Shown in pieces: positions 38,511 through 52,280 of a stretch of DNA of 64,000 nucleotides. The position numbers were made by a program, and so were the translations under genes. The notes under the pieces are model-generated. The model ran no database searches. It was not told the origin of the DNA and was given only the letters and a program-made list of their open reading frames with translations. This DNA is from Camelus dromedarius (lineage: Eukaryota), in the NCBI RefSeq assembly GCF_036321535.1, contig NC_087437.1, forward strand, positions 62,002,001 to 62,066,000. Direction: 5' to 3'. Numbering within the stretch: the stretch's first letter is position 1; each line of letters starts with the position of its first letter.

Positions 38511-39884
38511 AAGTTAAAGTCCCTTAATTTTTGTGAACTTGTATAATCTCCACCCAGTGGGTTATTTCAGCTTTGCAAATAATGGTTTATGGCCATGTGC
38601 TTTGTGAACTTTTAAGCGCTATATAAATGTTTGCTTCAATTATAAACCACAGTATTGGACACCTAGGAAGTTTTTGGAAGGTAGTCAGCTAGTTCAAGAG
38701 GGTGCCAGGGAAAAGATGAATGCTATTTTACTAAGCTTCTATCACATAAATAGAATTTTGTAATGTAGTTTAATTAAAATGAAATTGTGAATTCTGGGTA
38801 TTTTCTTCAAAGATGTGTTTATTTAATGGATTATTTGTATTTAAGATGTTTAACAATTCTAGTAATACATAATATTTTAATAAACATTTTTTAAAACAAT
38901 ATTGAAAATCTTGTATTGTGCATCCAATTTAATCTTAATTCATAGGTAGAAAAGGAAAGGTAAGATAAAATATCTTGCTTTTACATTCCTAGTTTTTTAA
39001 TTGAGAGTAAATTGGCCCCAAATAAGAAAATGTCCGTTCTATGTTAATAGACGCTAGGGTTTCTAAATGATGAGCTAGCTCATTAAATCAACTACTACTG
39101 TTGAAAAAAAAACTCACTAATATATTTCATGAGTTATTCAAACTTAATATAGTTATTGCAGTTATAGAGAAATCACTGGGCTCCTTTGCAGCCACTTCTT
39201 AAGGTGTTCTCTGATTGATGGCAAATCTCAGATTCCTAATCAGATTAAAACCATTTCTTTTATGTATGGTCACACTTCTACATTGTGTCTAATGCCTTAT
39301 GTAATTCCGGGCATATGTTCTAGACAGAGGAAATAAGAATGACTAATTAATTCTGGTATTGAATAAGGTAAAATTATCAAATGATGAATTAGCTTTTTTA
39401 CGGACTATTTGCATGTTCTTAAATGAGTAATTATATTTCATATTGGAAGTAGCAATTTCAGTTCACTCTTGTTATCTTTGGTTTTTAACAATGTTTTAAT
39501 ATGTATTTGTTCATAAAGAATTGACACTTAAAAAAATCAAATTTAAATCGTTAACCTTTAATTTTTAAATGGATATTCCTGTAATATTTTCTAGGGTTCC
39601 CTTAGTTATTATAGTAGGATAACTTTTGTTATAAAAATCAGATAAATTTAATTTCTTATTTATTTACATGGTGACTTTTATTGTAGGTAGAATTTTAATT
39701 TTAAATTTTACGTTCATTGATCTTATCCTTACTTCAAAGATGTTTGGTTTTTTTTCTGACTCCTGGAATATTGCTAAGAGTAACATTAAATATATTTTAA
39801 CTTGGGAATGACCTTTCTTGTTGTGCTGTGTTGAAGTAGACTTTTATTTGGAGGCAGATGATCTGGTTGAAGTCTTTGCCTTGA

Positions 39885-40045
39885 CACTTTGGTGTTGTAT
39901 AACCTTGGGTACTTAACCTCTTAAACCTCAGTTTCATCATCTGTAGAATGGAGACAAACAATAATACCTGTTTAGGTAATTGCAGGGGGGAGGCACATGC
40001 AATGTGACAGATGAAAGCACTTTGTAAACTGTGAAGTACTTTGTC
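39885..40045 (+). mobile_element. MIR SINE fragment
   Basis: accttgggtacttaacctcttaaacctcagtttcatcatctgtagaatggaga...aataatacct...aaagcactttgtaaactgt. Confidence 0.75.
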
Positions 40046-43000
40046 AGAGCTTGCTTGTAACATCTTTGAGATCTTTTAAAAATTCGCGTTAGTAATGTTG
40101 ATCATAATAGTGCAAAATATTTTATGATTATTTACAAAATTGATAAGTATTCAGTAAAAATTCCTATAAAAATAAAGCAGCTTTTCCTTGATTTTAGTGG
40201 TTTACTACTCTTAAAAACTAGTTTCTGTTAGTGACTTTGGGAAAGGATTACATAGTTGCTTGATAGTTTATCATCCTGACTGTGAAAGGGTTAGCTTTGG
40301 GGAGGTGTCTTTCCTCAACAGGTGATTTGGATTTAAAGGTTAGTTCAGTCATTTTAGTGATTTATAGTCTAAGGATTTTCTAAAAATGCTTACTGTTGTA
40401 TTTTCTAACGTGGGTAGAGTTAGTTTCTTATTTGACAAATGTTTACTGCATAGGTGATTTGAAAAGGCCAAGGGAAAGTGAGTAGTCTCAGTTGGTGGCT
40501 TTATTTTACTCACTTTGGTCAACTATTTTTTAAGAATTTATCTTATTACCCCTTTGTAGGATTTTCTTTCTTAACCAAGTTGATTAATTACATTAATTAT
40601 GAAATATAATTAATTTTTGGTGAAAGTAAACATGGAAAATGGTTGTAAAAAAACCTGGTTAGCGCAGATACTGGGATGGTTGGTTTGAATTTTGGAGGCT
40701 GTCATTCCTCCTTTGGATAGATCTGGTTGTGAAAAGTATACTCTGAGACCATCATTCAGATAGAGTTCTAACAACTTTAATTCTCAGAGCAAGTAGTGTA
40801 AATTAAAAGGACACATATGTCTATGCTTTGTTACTGTATAGAAATTCTAACCATATTCATAGAAATCTGTTCCTGGAAGAAACTTTTTTTCTTCACCTTT
40901 TTTTTAAAGCATCATTCAGAAAGCTTACTAAATCACAAAAGTAAGAAGTAATGTAAAAGCAGAACTTGATTAATTAAAATATGATCTAGTTAAAAGATGC
41001 TAAAGGACTTTAAGCATTTTTCCTCTCAGATTCTTAAGCTGTGGTGCTGGTAGTGGTAGTGATGATGATGAGGAGGAGAGGATAGCACAGTAGATTGTGG
41101 AGGGCCTTGTAGATCATTATGAAGACCTTGGTTCTGCCACTTACTAGTTTTATAACCTCTGGTAAGTTTTATAACCCTTCAGTTTTCTCTCCCTTAAAGT
41201 GTGAATAATAATAGCACCAATCTCGTAGGTTTGTTGTTTGGATTAAGTTAAGTTAATATCTGCAAAGACCTAGGAGCACTGCTGAGCAAAGTACAAAGCT
41301 TGTGGTATTTATTGCATTCTAAAATGTGGAATCAATGTTAAAAAATCACTTTTTCCTTTTCTTTTGGAAAGGTAACAAAGGGAGAATTAATTGATTGTTG
41401 CTTTGATTTTCCTATGATAAATTGCTCAAACTTTAATTATAGCACTTAACACATTACATTATCATTGCAAACATTATTTGTTGTATGTTTATTTACCATC
41501 CTTGCTAAATTATGAACTCCTTTGGGCAGAGACCATGGTGTTTTATGCCTGTCTTAGGAACCTTATGTAGTGTGTTATATACTTATCAGGTGATCAAAAA
41601 TGTTGACTCAGTTAATGACAAAAATGTTGGCCTAATGAATGGATCAGACTACATGCCAGTAAATACAGTGAAATGCTGTTAGTCTATCAAAACTAATGGA
41701 AGGATTGTAGCTAAGGTCCCTGCAAAGTATTTCATTTATTTTCTTTCTTAATATATGTTTTGTCTTAATGTGAGTATACCTGCACAAGTGATTGTAATCA
41801 AGGAATAATTAGCCAGCACAATCTTAAACCAGAGGAATTGCTAAGCAGGTGTATTCACTAACTCCTGAAGTAGGGAAATTGGGACTGGGAAAGAGGAAGA
41901 TCTTAGCTGATCATTGGGTGGTTGTCCAAGTAACTTTATGACTTTCTTTTTGTACTTGGTCTTAGTTTCCAGCCTGGTAGGTTATTTTCTTCTCCCCATT
42001 TTTGATGGAGAGGAGTGCTAAAGGAGAAAGAGGGATAGAGGCTTGGAAGGAGAAATAAAATTGGTAGATGATGCTAAACGAATTAGGGTTCCAGAGACAG
42101 AGACTATGTGGCAGGTGAGTTAGGGGAAGTTGTGAATTTCCATGGTAGAGGACAAGTGATAGGAAAGATATTCCAAAACTTCTGTTTATAGATTTAGAAT
42201 TTGAGGTTATATTATTTTGTGCATGTGGGGGATGTGTGTATGTGGGAGTAAGGCATGTTTCCTTTTCCTTCTTGCTTCACTATTTTATTTTTGTTTCCTT
42301 ATCTTTTAATGTATCTAGTTATAGTCTTTGATGTATGACAGCCTTAATTTAGGGCTTTCAATAAAAAATGATGCAAGAAGGTGAGTACACTTTTTGTGAA
42401 TATGTTTTCAATGGAATATTAACATTTTGAAAACATTTGTCTAGCTGAAGATGTTGCTATTATTATGTGGTGACATAAGTAGTAATGTCTTGATTGTGGA
42501 CTAGATATATCCAGTCAACTTTAAAAGACTCAACCACAGTAGTATGATTTTTTACTATCTTTTTGACAGTAAAGCTACAGAAATACATATTTAAAAGTAG
42601 TTTTACATAATTGAGAGGAATGGCATATATCTCTTTTGAATGCTTGGAAACAAAACTTTGAAGCAGGCAATTAAGAGCTTAGTAGAAATAAATTATTTTA
42701 AAATAGATTTTTTGTTTGTAACTAGTTGGGCAACAAGCTACTGACTGGCTAAGGACTAGAAAATGCTGAATTATCAAGAAAGGCTGTAGTGTTTGTAATC
42801 CCTTGATAAAATTGTGTAGACACAACTTTGAGTTAATATACTTGGTTATTTCCTGCAGATTTAAAGTTTCTTTAATTGTTCTGCTTTTACATTTATAGCT
42901 TTTATTGATTTACAAGATATTTATTGAGCCCCCAAAATATATTAGGGCTGTTATATAAAATGTTTTATTATTTCTGAATAAAAATTATATTTGGCATATT

Positions 43001-43739
43001 CTTTGCTTCTAATAAAATTTTAGCTTTCACTCTCTATTTACCTCCATTTCATATACCAGGAAAAAATATCCCAGTTGCAGGAAGAAAATTATATGTGTCC
43101 AATGTCAATGCAATACCAACACAGGGTGTTACCAATACCAACACATTGAACTAATGTGTCCAATTAGTCTCTGCTAAAAGGTTGATTATAGCATGACATT
43201 TAAAAAATATCTATGGACCATTTTAGCATTATTAAATACTTTTGCTCTGAAAATTTTAAGTACTTAATATTTTTGTATTTTCAAAAACTGTATTCTTAAT
43301 ATAAGTAGATTTTTGAGCTGAGGAAAATGTTACTGTGGGATTTCATCAGGATGTGGTACTATTTGAGTAATTGAGAACATCAACATATGATTTTAATGAA
43401 GTACATTTTGTGTCCTCTTTCCTGTTTTAAGTTGTTTAGGATAATTCTAAGTTATTGCCCTGATAGTAAAGAAATCCTAATCCTCAACTGTAAGTTAAAT
43501 TTGAAGAAGTCCAGTTACTGTCTGGGTCATTTCTTACCTTCATGATATCATTTAGCACTGATGGGTCATTATAGTTGAACTGTTAGTTGTTATTAATTTT
43601 ATTTAATCCAACAGTATCTATCATAGAAGGAATTTTGTCAGGTTTAGCACATTTAGATACAAATATTTTACCTGGCTTTAAGAATATATCTAATCCTGAT
43701 TTTTGGTTGCAGATAACCTGTATTTTTGTACTTTTATAG

Positions 43740-43820
43740 GATAGAGGAAGGAATCAACAGCTTGGAGATTCGACCAAGTGATCTGGCGGGATGGGCATTT
43801 GCCTGATATGTTTTATAGAG
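43740..43820 (+). other. ZNF148: ZNF148 non-coding exon 2 (81 nt)
   Basis: Acceptor tatttttgtacttttatag|G and donor GAG|gtaatt. Sequence and size agree with the recalled human 5'UTR exon. Confidence 0.85.
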
Positions 43821-44251
43821 GTAATTCAACACTGTTTTTACTCAGTCTTTAGTTTTTACCTGTGATAGATGCCCATATACTTGAAAATGAACATGCATAT
43901 CTCAACTGTCGGATAATACTCTGCATTTACTGGACAATTCCCTTTTCCTTTATACCTCTATATAGCATGAATGTTATATACAGATAGCGTGATATCATTA
44001 TATATAGATATGAACGTCTATACATTGAAAAGAATTAATGTTATTAGTTCCATAGGATGAAGACCTATCTATAGGATGAGGATTCTTTTAAAGTGAGGAT
44101 GTAAAAATATTAGCAGGTTCAGTGGCTATATTTTATGATTTCCTTTAACATTTCTTACTCTTTACTTAAGTTTATTTTAGGAGGAATATACACTTAAGCA
44201 GTAGAGAATGTTATAATGTAAAAAAAAAAAAGCTTATTCCCATTCACTGTT

Positions 44252-44400
44252 TGTTTTTAAATTTAATTTAATTTTTTGTTGATGGAGGTGGTAATTAGGT
44301 TTATTTATTTATTTATTTTATGAGGAGGTCCTGGGGTTTGAACCTAGGACCTCATGCATGCTAAGTATGTGCTTTACCACTTGAGCTGCACCCTCCCCCA
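44252..44400 (-). mobile_element. Vic-1-type tRNA-Ala SINE with TSD
   Basis: tRNA-like head plus tail. Perfect 12-bp TSD ccattcactgtt (44240-44251 / 44401-44412). Confidence 0.92.
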
Positions 44401-45357
44401 CCATTCACTGTTAATATTCATGTGTGTGTATATTCTTCCAGACATTTGCCATGCATATACGAACATTTATATGTATACCTATATTTATATAATCTTTATA
44501 CAAATGAGATCACATCATATCTGTTTAGCAGCATGCTTTTGTTGTTAACCTCTGTATCTTTGCATATCATTCCTTTTCATTGCATTCTGTATAGTATTCA
44601 CTATTTGGATGTACCGTAATTATTTTAACTAGCCTCCTATTTGTAAATATTTAGGTTTTTAGTTTTTTTGCAGTGATAAATGGGAATATAATGAATAATC
44701 TTGGATATATCTTTGCACATATTTAAAAATATGTTTGCAGTATAAATTCGTAAGGGAAAAATTGTTAGGTCAAAAAGTGTGTATATTTAATAATTTGGTA
44801 GTCAAATTGCACAACTAAGAAGATTGCCCCAGTATCAGTAGTCTAGGAAAATGAGAATCTCTGTATCTCTTTGATAATACTAGTTAGGGTCAAACATTTT
44901 AATATGTGTCAGTTTTTTATTGTTTAGTATTGCTTTTCAAAACTTCATTACGAGTTTGAACATTTTTTTTTTCCTTTATCATTGACCATATATGTATTTT
45001 CAGTGATTTCTTAGGTCACATGTTAGGTAAATTGTTTTCACTCAGTTTTTGCTCTTCTTTTGATTTTGTTTCTGCTTTGTAGACATTTTAACTTTGTATA
45101 GTTGAATTTAGTGATCTTTTTCTTCATGGCCATGGGTGGGGGGATTTCCTCTGTAAGGTTTAAAAGGTCTTCACCGCTGATTGTCAGACTCACTTTTTCC
45201 TCCACATTATAACATCTCTGATGTGAATTGCTGGTTTGTCATAGTTTGGCATAATTTTTTCCTTAGTGACATAAAATAGTTGTGTACCTTACAGTTGGTA
45301 GTTTTAGATTCCGTGAACTATGGTACTTGAAAAAAGTTAACAGGTGTTCTATTACTT

Positions 45358-45498
45358 AAAGCATTTTTTTTTTAAGTGGAAGAGGTAATTAGGTTTGTTT
45401 ATATATATATATTTTTTTAATGGAGTTACTGGGGATTGAACCCAGGACCTCGTGCATGCTAAGCACATACTCTCCCACTGAGCTATACCCTTCCCCCC
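45358..45498 (-). mobile_element. Vic-1-type tRNA-Ala SINE with TSD
   Basis: tggggattgaacccaggacctcgtgcatgctaagcacatactctcccactgagctataccc. TSD tctattactt (45348-45357 / 45499-45508). Confidence 0.92.
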
Positions 45499-46009
45499 TC
45501 TATTACTTTTTAAATTGGTTTAAATTGTTTAAAATCTTGATTTATATTGGATTTTGGTATAAGCAGTAAATGTAGAGAGCAGCTTTACCTTTTCCCAGAT
45601 GACTAACTGGTTGTCCCCATTCCGGTTATTGAATGATGCATTTCTTTTCTACATATTTGAAATGCCACATTTATCATATATTAAATTTCCATGTTTGTTT
45701 TGGGGGGGGGTCCTGTTTTTGAAATCAGTTCTGTTCAATTCATCTGCATACTTACTTTTTGTACTGGTAGTTTTGAAAGAATTCAATAAAGGAAGTGCTT
45801 ATAAAATCAATTATACATAAATGATTTTTTAATATAAATTGTAAAATTAGGACTAATGAAGAAGAGGTATATATACACAGTAACAACTAAAAAGATAAAA
45901 TGCCTGGGAGAAGTCTACTTGAAAAAAATTTCAAAACTCTACTGAGGGATAATAAGAAAATTTAAATCAACTCAAATTTTCAATAGGAAGATATGATGAT
46001 AAAGCTGTC

Positions 46010-49000
46010 ATTTCACTATAGAAATACTATTGATTTGTGTCTGTTGATCTACTATCTTGTGACCTTACTGAACTTCCTAGTTCTAATAGTTTTTTTGTGG
46101 ATTCGTTGGGAAATTTCTACGTATGAGATCATATCACTAGAGAATAAGGGCAGTTTTATTTCTTCTTTTCTAATCTTGATGCCCTTAGTTGCTGTATGTA
46201 TGTACGTATGTATGTATTTTTGCATACTTTATTTTACTAGCTAGAACCTAAAGTACAGTGTTGAACAGAAGCGGTAAAAATGGGCATCCTGATTTTTAGG
46301 AGGAAAACATTCAGTGTTTAACCATTAAGCATGATACTTGTTGGTTATTTTTTTTATCAGTTTGAAGAAGTTCTCTTCTAGTGTTAGTTTGTTGAGAGTT
46401 TTTATCATGAATGGTTGTTGGATTTTGTTGAGTGCTTTTCTTCTTTGTTTATTGAAATAACCATGTGGTTTTTGTCCTTTATTCTCTTAATATGCTGTAT
46501 TACATTAACTGATTTCCAGATGTTAAACCACCTTTGCATTTATGGGGTAAATATTACTTGGTCTTGATGTGTATATAGTCCTTTTTTAATCTGTTGCTAG
46601 GTTCAGTTTGCTAATACTTTATAAGGATTTTTTGAGGATTTTTTTATCTGTGTTTATGAGAGACATTGGAGTAGAGTTTTCATATGATGTCTTTATATCA
46701 AAGAAACTTTTGGCTTCATAGATTGAGTTGCAAAGAATATTCTCTTCCTCTGTTTTGTGAAGGAGTTTGTGAAGGATTGGTATTTCTTCCCTTAAATACT
46801 TGATCAAATTCATCAGTGAAGCCATTTCTTTGTGGGAAGTTCTTTAAAAATTTTTTTCTTAATTGAAGTATAATTGATTTAGCGTCTGGTGTACAGCATA
46901 GTGATTCAGTTATACATATTCTTTTCATTTTTTTAATTATAAGTTATTACAAGCTATTGAATATAGTTCCCTGTGCTGTTCAGTAGGACCTTGTTATTTA
47001 TCTATTCTGTATATAGTAGTTGTATCTGCTAATCCCAAACTCCCAATTTATTCCCCTCTACCTTCCCTTTTGGTAACCCTAAGTTTGTTTTCTATGTCTG
47101 TGAGTCTCTTTCTGTTTTGTAAATAAGTTTATTTGTGTGATTTTTTTTTAATTTCACATGTAAGTGATATCATATGATATTTGTCTTTCTCTCTCTGACT
47201 TCACTTAGTATGATAATCTCTAGGTCTTTGTGGACTTTTAAATACTAATTTAGTTATATTCAGATTTTTCTGTTTCCTCTTTAATCAGCTTATGTGTCAG
47301 CAATGTATGTCTTGTTAGGAATTTCATAGAAGTCATTTAATTTGTTGGCATATATTTGTTTATAATATTCCTTCCCTTATAGTTCTTTTTTGTCAAGTCA
47401 GTAATAATATCCCTTCTTTCATTCCTGATTCTGATAATTTGTATTTTTTCTCTTTGTTGTTGGTCAGTCTACCTAAAAGTTTGCAAATTTTGTTGATCTT
47501 TTTAAAAGAACCACATTTCTCTCTAGTTTTTTGTTTTTCTCTTTCTCTTTCCAGCTTGCTTTATAGTTTAGTTTGCTCTTTTACTGGCTTATTAAAGTGG
47601 AGGCTCATGTCATTGATTTGAGACTCCTCTTTTTTTTTTCAAATATATTTAAAGTTATACAATTCCTTCAAAGTACTTCTTTAGCTGCATCCCCATAAAT
47701 TTTGTTATATTTGTTTTGTTTTCATTCCATTAAAAATATTCTCTAACTTATCTTTTAATTTCTTCTTTGACCCATGTATTACTCAGAATTGTGAGGTTTA
47801 ATTTTAGACACTTGAGAATTTTCCAGTTGCTAATTTAGTTGATATCTAATCTAATTGTTTTGTGGTTAGAGAATGTACTTCGTATGACTTGTAAGGCTTG
47901 TTTAATGCCCTAGCATTTGATCTGTACTGCAGAATGTTCCATATGTGCTTGAAAACAATAGGTATTCTGTTGTTTGCTGGAGTTTCTGTATATACCAGTT
48001 AGGTCTAGTTGGTGGAGAGTGTGATTCAGGTTTCCTATATCTTTATTAATTTTCTGTCTAGTTATTCTATGAATTATTTAGAGTGGGGCATCAGAATCTC
48101 CAAGTATAATTGTTGAATTTTCTGTTTTTCTTTTTAGTAATGTTACTTATTGCTTTATTATTTTTGGGCTCTTTATTACTGTCATTATGAAATATCTTTT
48201 TTATCTCCAGTAGTATTTGTATTAAAGTCTGTTTTGTCTAATATTTGTATAATCACTCCAGCTCTCTTATGGTTACCTTTTCCATAGTATATCCTTTTTC
48301 CCCATCTTTTTACTTTTAGTCTTGAATGTAAAGTGTGTCTCTTGTTCACAGCATATAGTTGAATCTTACTTTTTGTCCAGTCTGAAAGTTTCTGCCTTTC
48401 CATTGGGCTGTTTAGACATTCACACTTTATTATGGACATGGTTGAATTTATGTTTGCCATTTTGCCATTTGTTTTATATATGTCTCTTATGGCTTTTGTT
48501 TCTCTGTGCTTCCTTTACTGCCTCCTTTTGTATTGAATATTTTTTACTGTGCCATATTAATTACTTTGTTGATTTCTTTTCCAAACATAATTTAAGATAC
48601 TTTGTGGTTGCTGTGGTGTTTACATTATGCATTTTAACAATCTGCTTAATAGTAAACATTAAGTCAGTATCAGTAAAATATAGAAACTTTGCTCCAATAT
48701 AGCTTCCATTTTCTCTTTCTTCTCATGTGCTGCTGTCATTAAATATATTGTATCTATATATGCTGTAGACCAGCAATACAATGTTATAATCACTGCTTTC
48801 TACATTCTAATGTCTTTTAAAGATGTTAAGAGAAGTGAGAAAAATATGTTTATGGAGTCTTTTAGTTTAACCCATGTATTTACTATTTCTGGTGTTCTTT
48901 TTTTCTGTGTATTTAAGTCTGGTGTCATTTCCTTTCAGCTTGATGGACTTCGTTTTGGTATTTCTTATACAGCAAGTCTGCTAACAAAAAATTCTCTCAG

Positions 49001-49830
49001 TCTTTGTTCATCTGAAACTGTTTACTATGCCTTCAGTTTTGAAGGGTAATTCTGCTGCTTTCTTGGTTGACAGCTTTTTTCTTTTAGTCCTTTGAGAATG
49101 TGATCCCACTGTCTTCTGGCGTCTATTGTTTCAGATTGAAATTCAGCTGTTAATCATGTATGGTTCCCTCACAAGCTGAGTAATTTTTCTCTCTATGCTT
49201 GCGTGATTTTTCTCCTTGTGTTTGTTTTTAGCAGTTGGACTGTGATGTGTCTAGGTGTGTCTCTTTGTTATTATCCTACTTGAGATTCATTTAACTTTGA
49301 AGGGAAGTTTTTTGTTTGGTGTTCTATTAAAAAAATTATTTTCCTGCCCTTACTTTCTTTCCTCTTCTCTGGGACTCCAGAAATGTTGGTAAGTTGGTCT
49401 CTGAGACTATTTAATTTTCTTGAACATTTTTTTCTCCCTGTTCTTCAGATTAGATAGTTTCTACTGATGTATCTTCAAGGTCATTGATTTTCTTCTGCCA
49501 TCTTGAATCTTGTAGTAAATTTTTTGTTTTACTTATTGTGCTCTTCAACTTCAGAATTTCCATGTGGTTCTTTTACATAATTACTAGACCTTTGTTGAGA
49601 ATCAGTTATTTGTTCATTGTTTTCAGAATCAGTTATTTGTTGATTGTTTTCATGATTAAAAAAAAGGCTAAAAATGGGTTCTTTTACTTCTTTTAACATA
49701 TCTGTAATAGATATTTTGAAATCTTTGTTTACTTAAACCAACATCTGGGGATAATCAGAAACCGTTCGTAGTGATTGCTGTTTTTTGTTAATATGGGTCA
49801 CATTTTTCTTTTTTTTTGTACATTTTATAA
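46010..49830 (-). mobile_element. Old LINE-1 body (ORF2 RT/EN and ORF1 remnants) with a younger L1 3' end nested at about 46851-47227
   Basis: Antisense translations EEIPILHKLLHKTEEENILCNSIYEA...PMSLINTDKKIL and CLNSPMERQKLSDW...LKVKRW...NHKRAGVIIQILDKTDF. The nested piece matches the reverse complement of 9205-9481. Confidence 0.8.
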
Positions 49831-49845
49831 TATTTAAAATGGGCT

Positions 49846-49950
49846 TTTAAATTATTTATTTATTTATTTAAAATGGAGATACTAGGGATTAAACCCAGGA
49901 CCTCATACATGCAAAGCACGCACTCTATCACTAAGCTATATCCACCGCTC
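49846..49950 (-). mobile_element. Vic-1-type tRNA-Ala SINE
   Basis: (ttta)n-aatggagatactagggattaaacccaggacctcatacatgcaaagcacgcactctatcactaagctatatcc. Confidence 0.85.
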
Positions 49951-51165
49951 CTCCCCCCCCAAAACCTGGGCATCCTAGATAACATATTTGAGCAGCTTAT
50001 GGTTGTTACTCCCCTCTCCCCTGCCTGCCCAGGTTGGTTATTGTTGTCATTTCACTATTATTTATGTATAACACAATCTTACTGAAAAAAATTTTTTAAT
50101 TTTGAACAGAAGTTTATCTGCAAAAATAGACAACATGTGCATATCCAGGAAAATTCTGAAATGAAAGGGTACTGAGGGGTGAATATTTCCATCAGAATTT
50201 AAACTTTTTAAAATATGGATATAGTGTTGAAATGTTTTAGAAAGTGAATTAGTGTTATGCTTTCTGAAGTACAAAAATGGAAATATTACTGGTATGTTTT
50301 AGGTGAGAAAGACTATTTTTCTTTTGCACCATTATACACGCTGATATAAAATCACAGAATGTGTTATATATTATTTGGTCTCCAAGTTTCCTATGGAGGA
50401 GTATGTACAAATTAATTTTGATAGGTAGGAATGTAATATTTTTAAAGACCTATGGTAGGAAACTCCATAAACTCTTCTTTAGTCTGTTACTATGGCTAGA
50501 AATACTTACTGTCCGGAAGTTTTCTTCTTGTGCATGGCTTATGTTCTTCATTTAAAATTTTTTTGGATATGGTACACAGTCTCCTTATGATTATTCCTGT
50601 CTTTTTGTCAGCTTTTACAGTCAAAGATGACTTTGCCAAACATGTTTCTGTAGGTATTTAGTGTGATTTTATGCTATAATCCTTCCTGTTGTGAGTACAC
50701 ATGCATTCTGTATGTTACTAGTTCTATTTGTGATTTGTAAGCCTGGAATTGTGTTTGCTCCTCTCTTCACTTTACAGCTTTTACAAAGCAGACATAATGT
50801 TATTAAGTGGGTTTTTTTTTTTTTTTTAAAGCATCGTTTTCTCTTTTATACACATTTAGGGCTGTAACCTTCTGAATTTCCTTCACCATTCCATATCTCT
50901 GAAGCTGTAGACTCCAGGCTAGGCAAATTATTCTTTTATATGGCCAGGATTGTCCCACAGTTACTGCTTATCAGTATTACATTTTCCCAGTTTCAGATTC
51001 AAAAACAAGTCATTGCACTGATTTTTCAGGCATAGCTTACTATTTACAAAAAGTGATCACTTCACTATACATACCAATTTGTCCATATTGTATTTGTACT
51101 GTATTTTTTCTCTCCATAAATAATGTGTTTTGTTTGTTGTGTTTGTTATTATTGTTTTTTTGTAG

Positions 51166-51301
51166 GAATTGGATGGAATAAGTGATTAAGGTGATATTGA
51201 GGGTCTCTGAAGCCTGTGAAAGGTAGAAACTCAACCATGATTTCTTTTTCAACTCTACAGCATTCCCTTCCTTGAAGTCTTCATTTTTATCTTAGTCTCA
51301 G
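51166..51301 (+). other. ZNF148: ZNF148 non-coding exon 3 (136 nt)
   Basis: Long U/G-rich acceptor tgtttttttgtag|G and donor CAG|gtaact. Size and sequence agree with the recalled human 5'UTR exon. Confidence 0.85.
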
Positions 51302-51949
51302 GTAACTTCAATACTTATTTTTAATAGTCATGAATAAGTAAATTTTTCAAATGTGAAACTTTTTTGGTTGGTAGAATTTCTTGTTAAGTTTGTATAGTAG
51401 TTTCTCTGTGTTTTAGTCTTTATATCTGGAAGAAACTTGGGATTTAATATTTTTCTTGAGAAAATAATGTGAAGAGAAAATTGGTGAGTAATGATACCAT
51501 TTTGGGTTTTAAGTTTAGCACATAAAAATATGTATAGCTTATTATATAATCTTAAGTGAAATTTAAGTGGGAGAGTATTTTCTTCTTTAACCCTTTTTCT
51601 CAGCAGAGTAGTGCATTTTTCACCTGCCTTATCAATACATACATAACCCACGTTAAATTTTCCAGAATTTCCAGGGAAACTATTTTCATATGTAGGAAAA
51701 TTTGACCTATTACTCGAATTTAATGGTGTTTGGCATGTAATTTTTTTAAGTGTGAAAAAACATACCAGTTACTGTACATTTGCACATAATATGTTTGCCT
51801 GTGCTAATATAAGGAAGCAATCATGTAGATAATTCAATAGTCATTTATATTAAGTACATTAGTTAAAATTTAGACTTGTCTACTGTGATAGGTGCTGAAA
51901 AAGGTAGAAATATATATTTATTTGAAAAGTCCATGTAAACAATCTCAAG

Positions 51950-52280
51950 ATTGTTTGGAAGCACCAGAATCATCATGACCTAGGCTTCTTTGTCTTGCTT
52001 TGCTATTCTTAATATGCGGCTTCCGTCTTGTGGTCAAGATGTTTTTACCATTCTGTCTGCCAGTAGAAAGAAGGAAAAAGGAGAACATTATCTTTTCCTT
52101 TAAGGAGAGTTGTATATATCATTTCTACTCATATCCCAGTGGCTATAACTGTTACATGGCCACAACCAGTTGCACAGGAGCCTGGAAAATGAGTCTTACC
52201 TAGGTCATTGTGTGTCTCATTTAATATTTTATTATTGGGCAAGAAGGAGAGAACAGAATCTGGGGGGCAGCTAGTTGTTT
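51950..52280. mobile_element. Degenerate MLT1J/K-like LTR fragment
   Basis: catttctactcatatcccagtggc...acatggccacaaccagttgcacaggagcctggaaaatgagtct resembles old MLT1 LTRs. Confidence 0.5.

Noticed and set aside
39070..39083. Perfect 14-bp palindrome ATGAGCTAGCTCAT
   Set aside because: A few palindromes of this length are expected by chance in 64 kb (64000/4^7 is about 4).
49598..49651. 27-bp tandem duplication with one mismatch
   Set aside because: Ordinary local slippage inside a decayed L1; two units and no spacers, so not an array.
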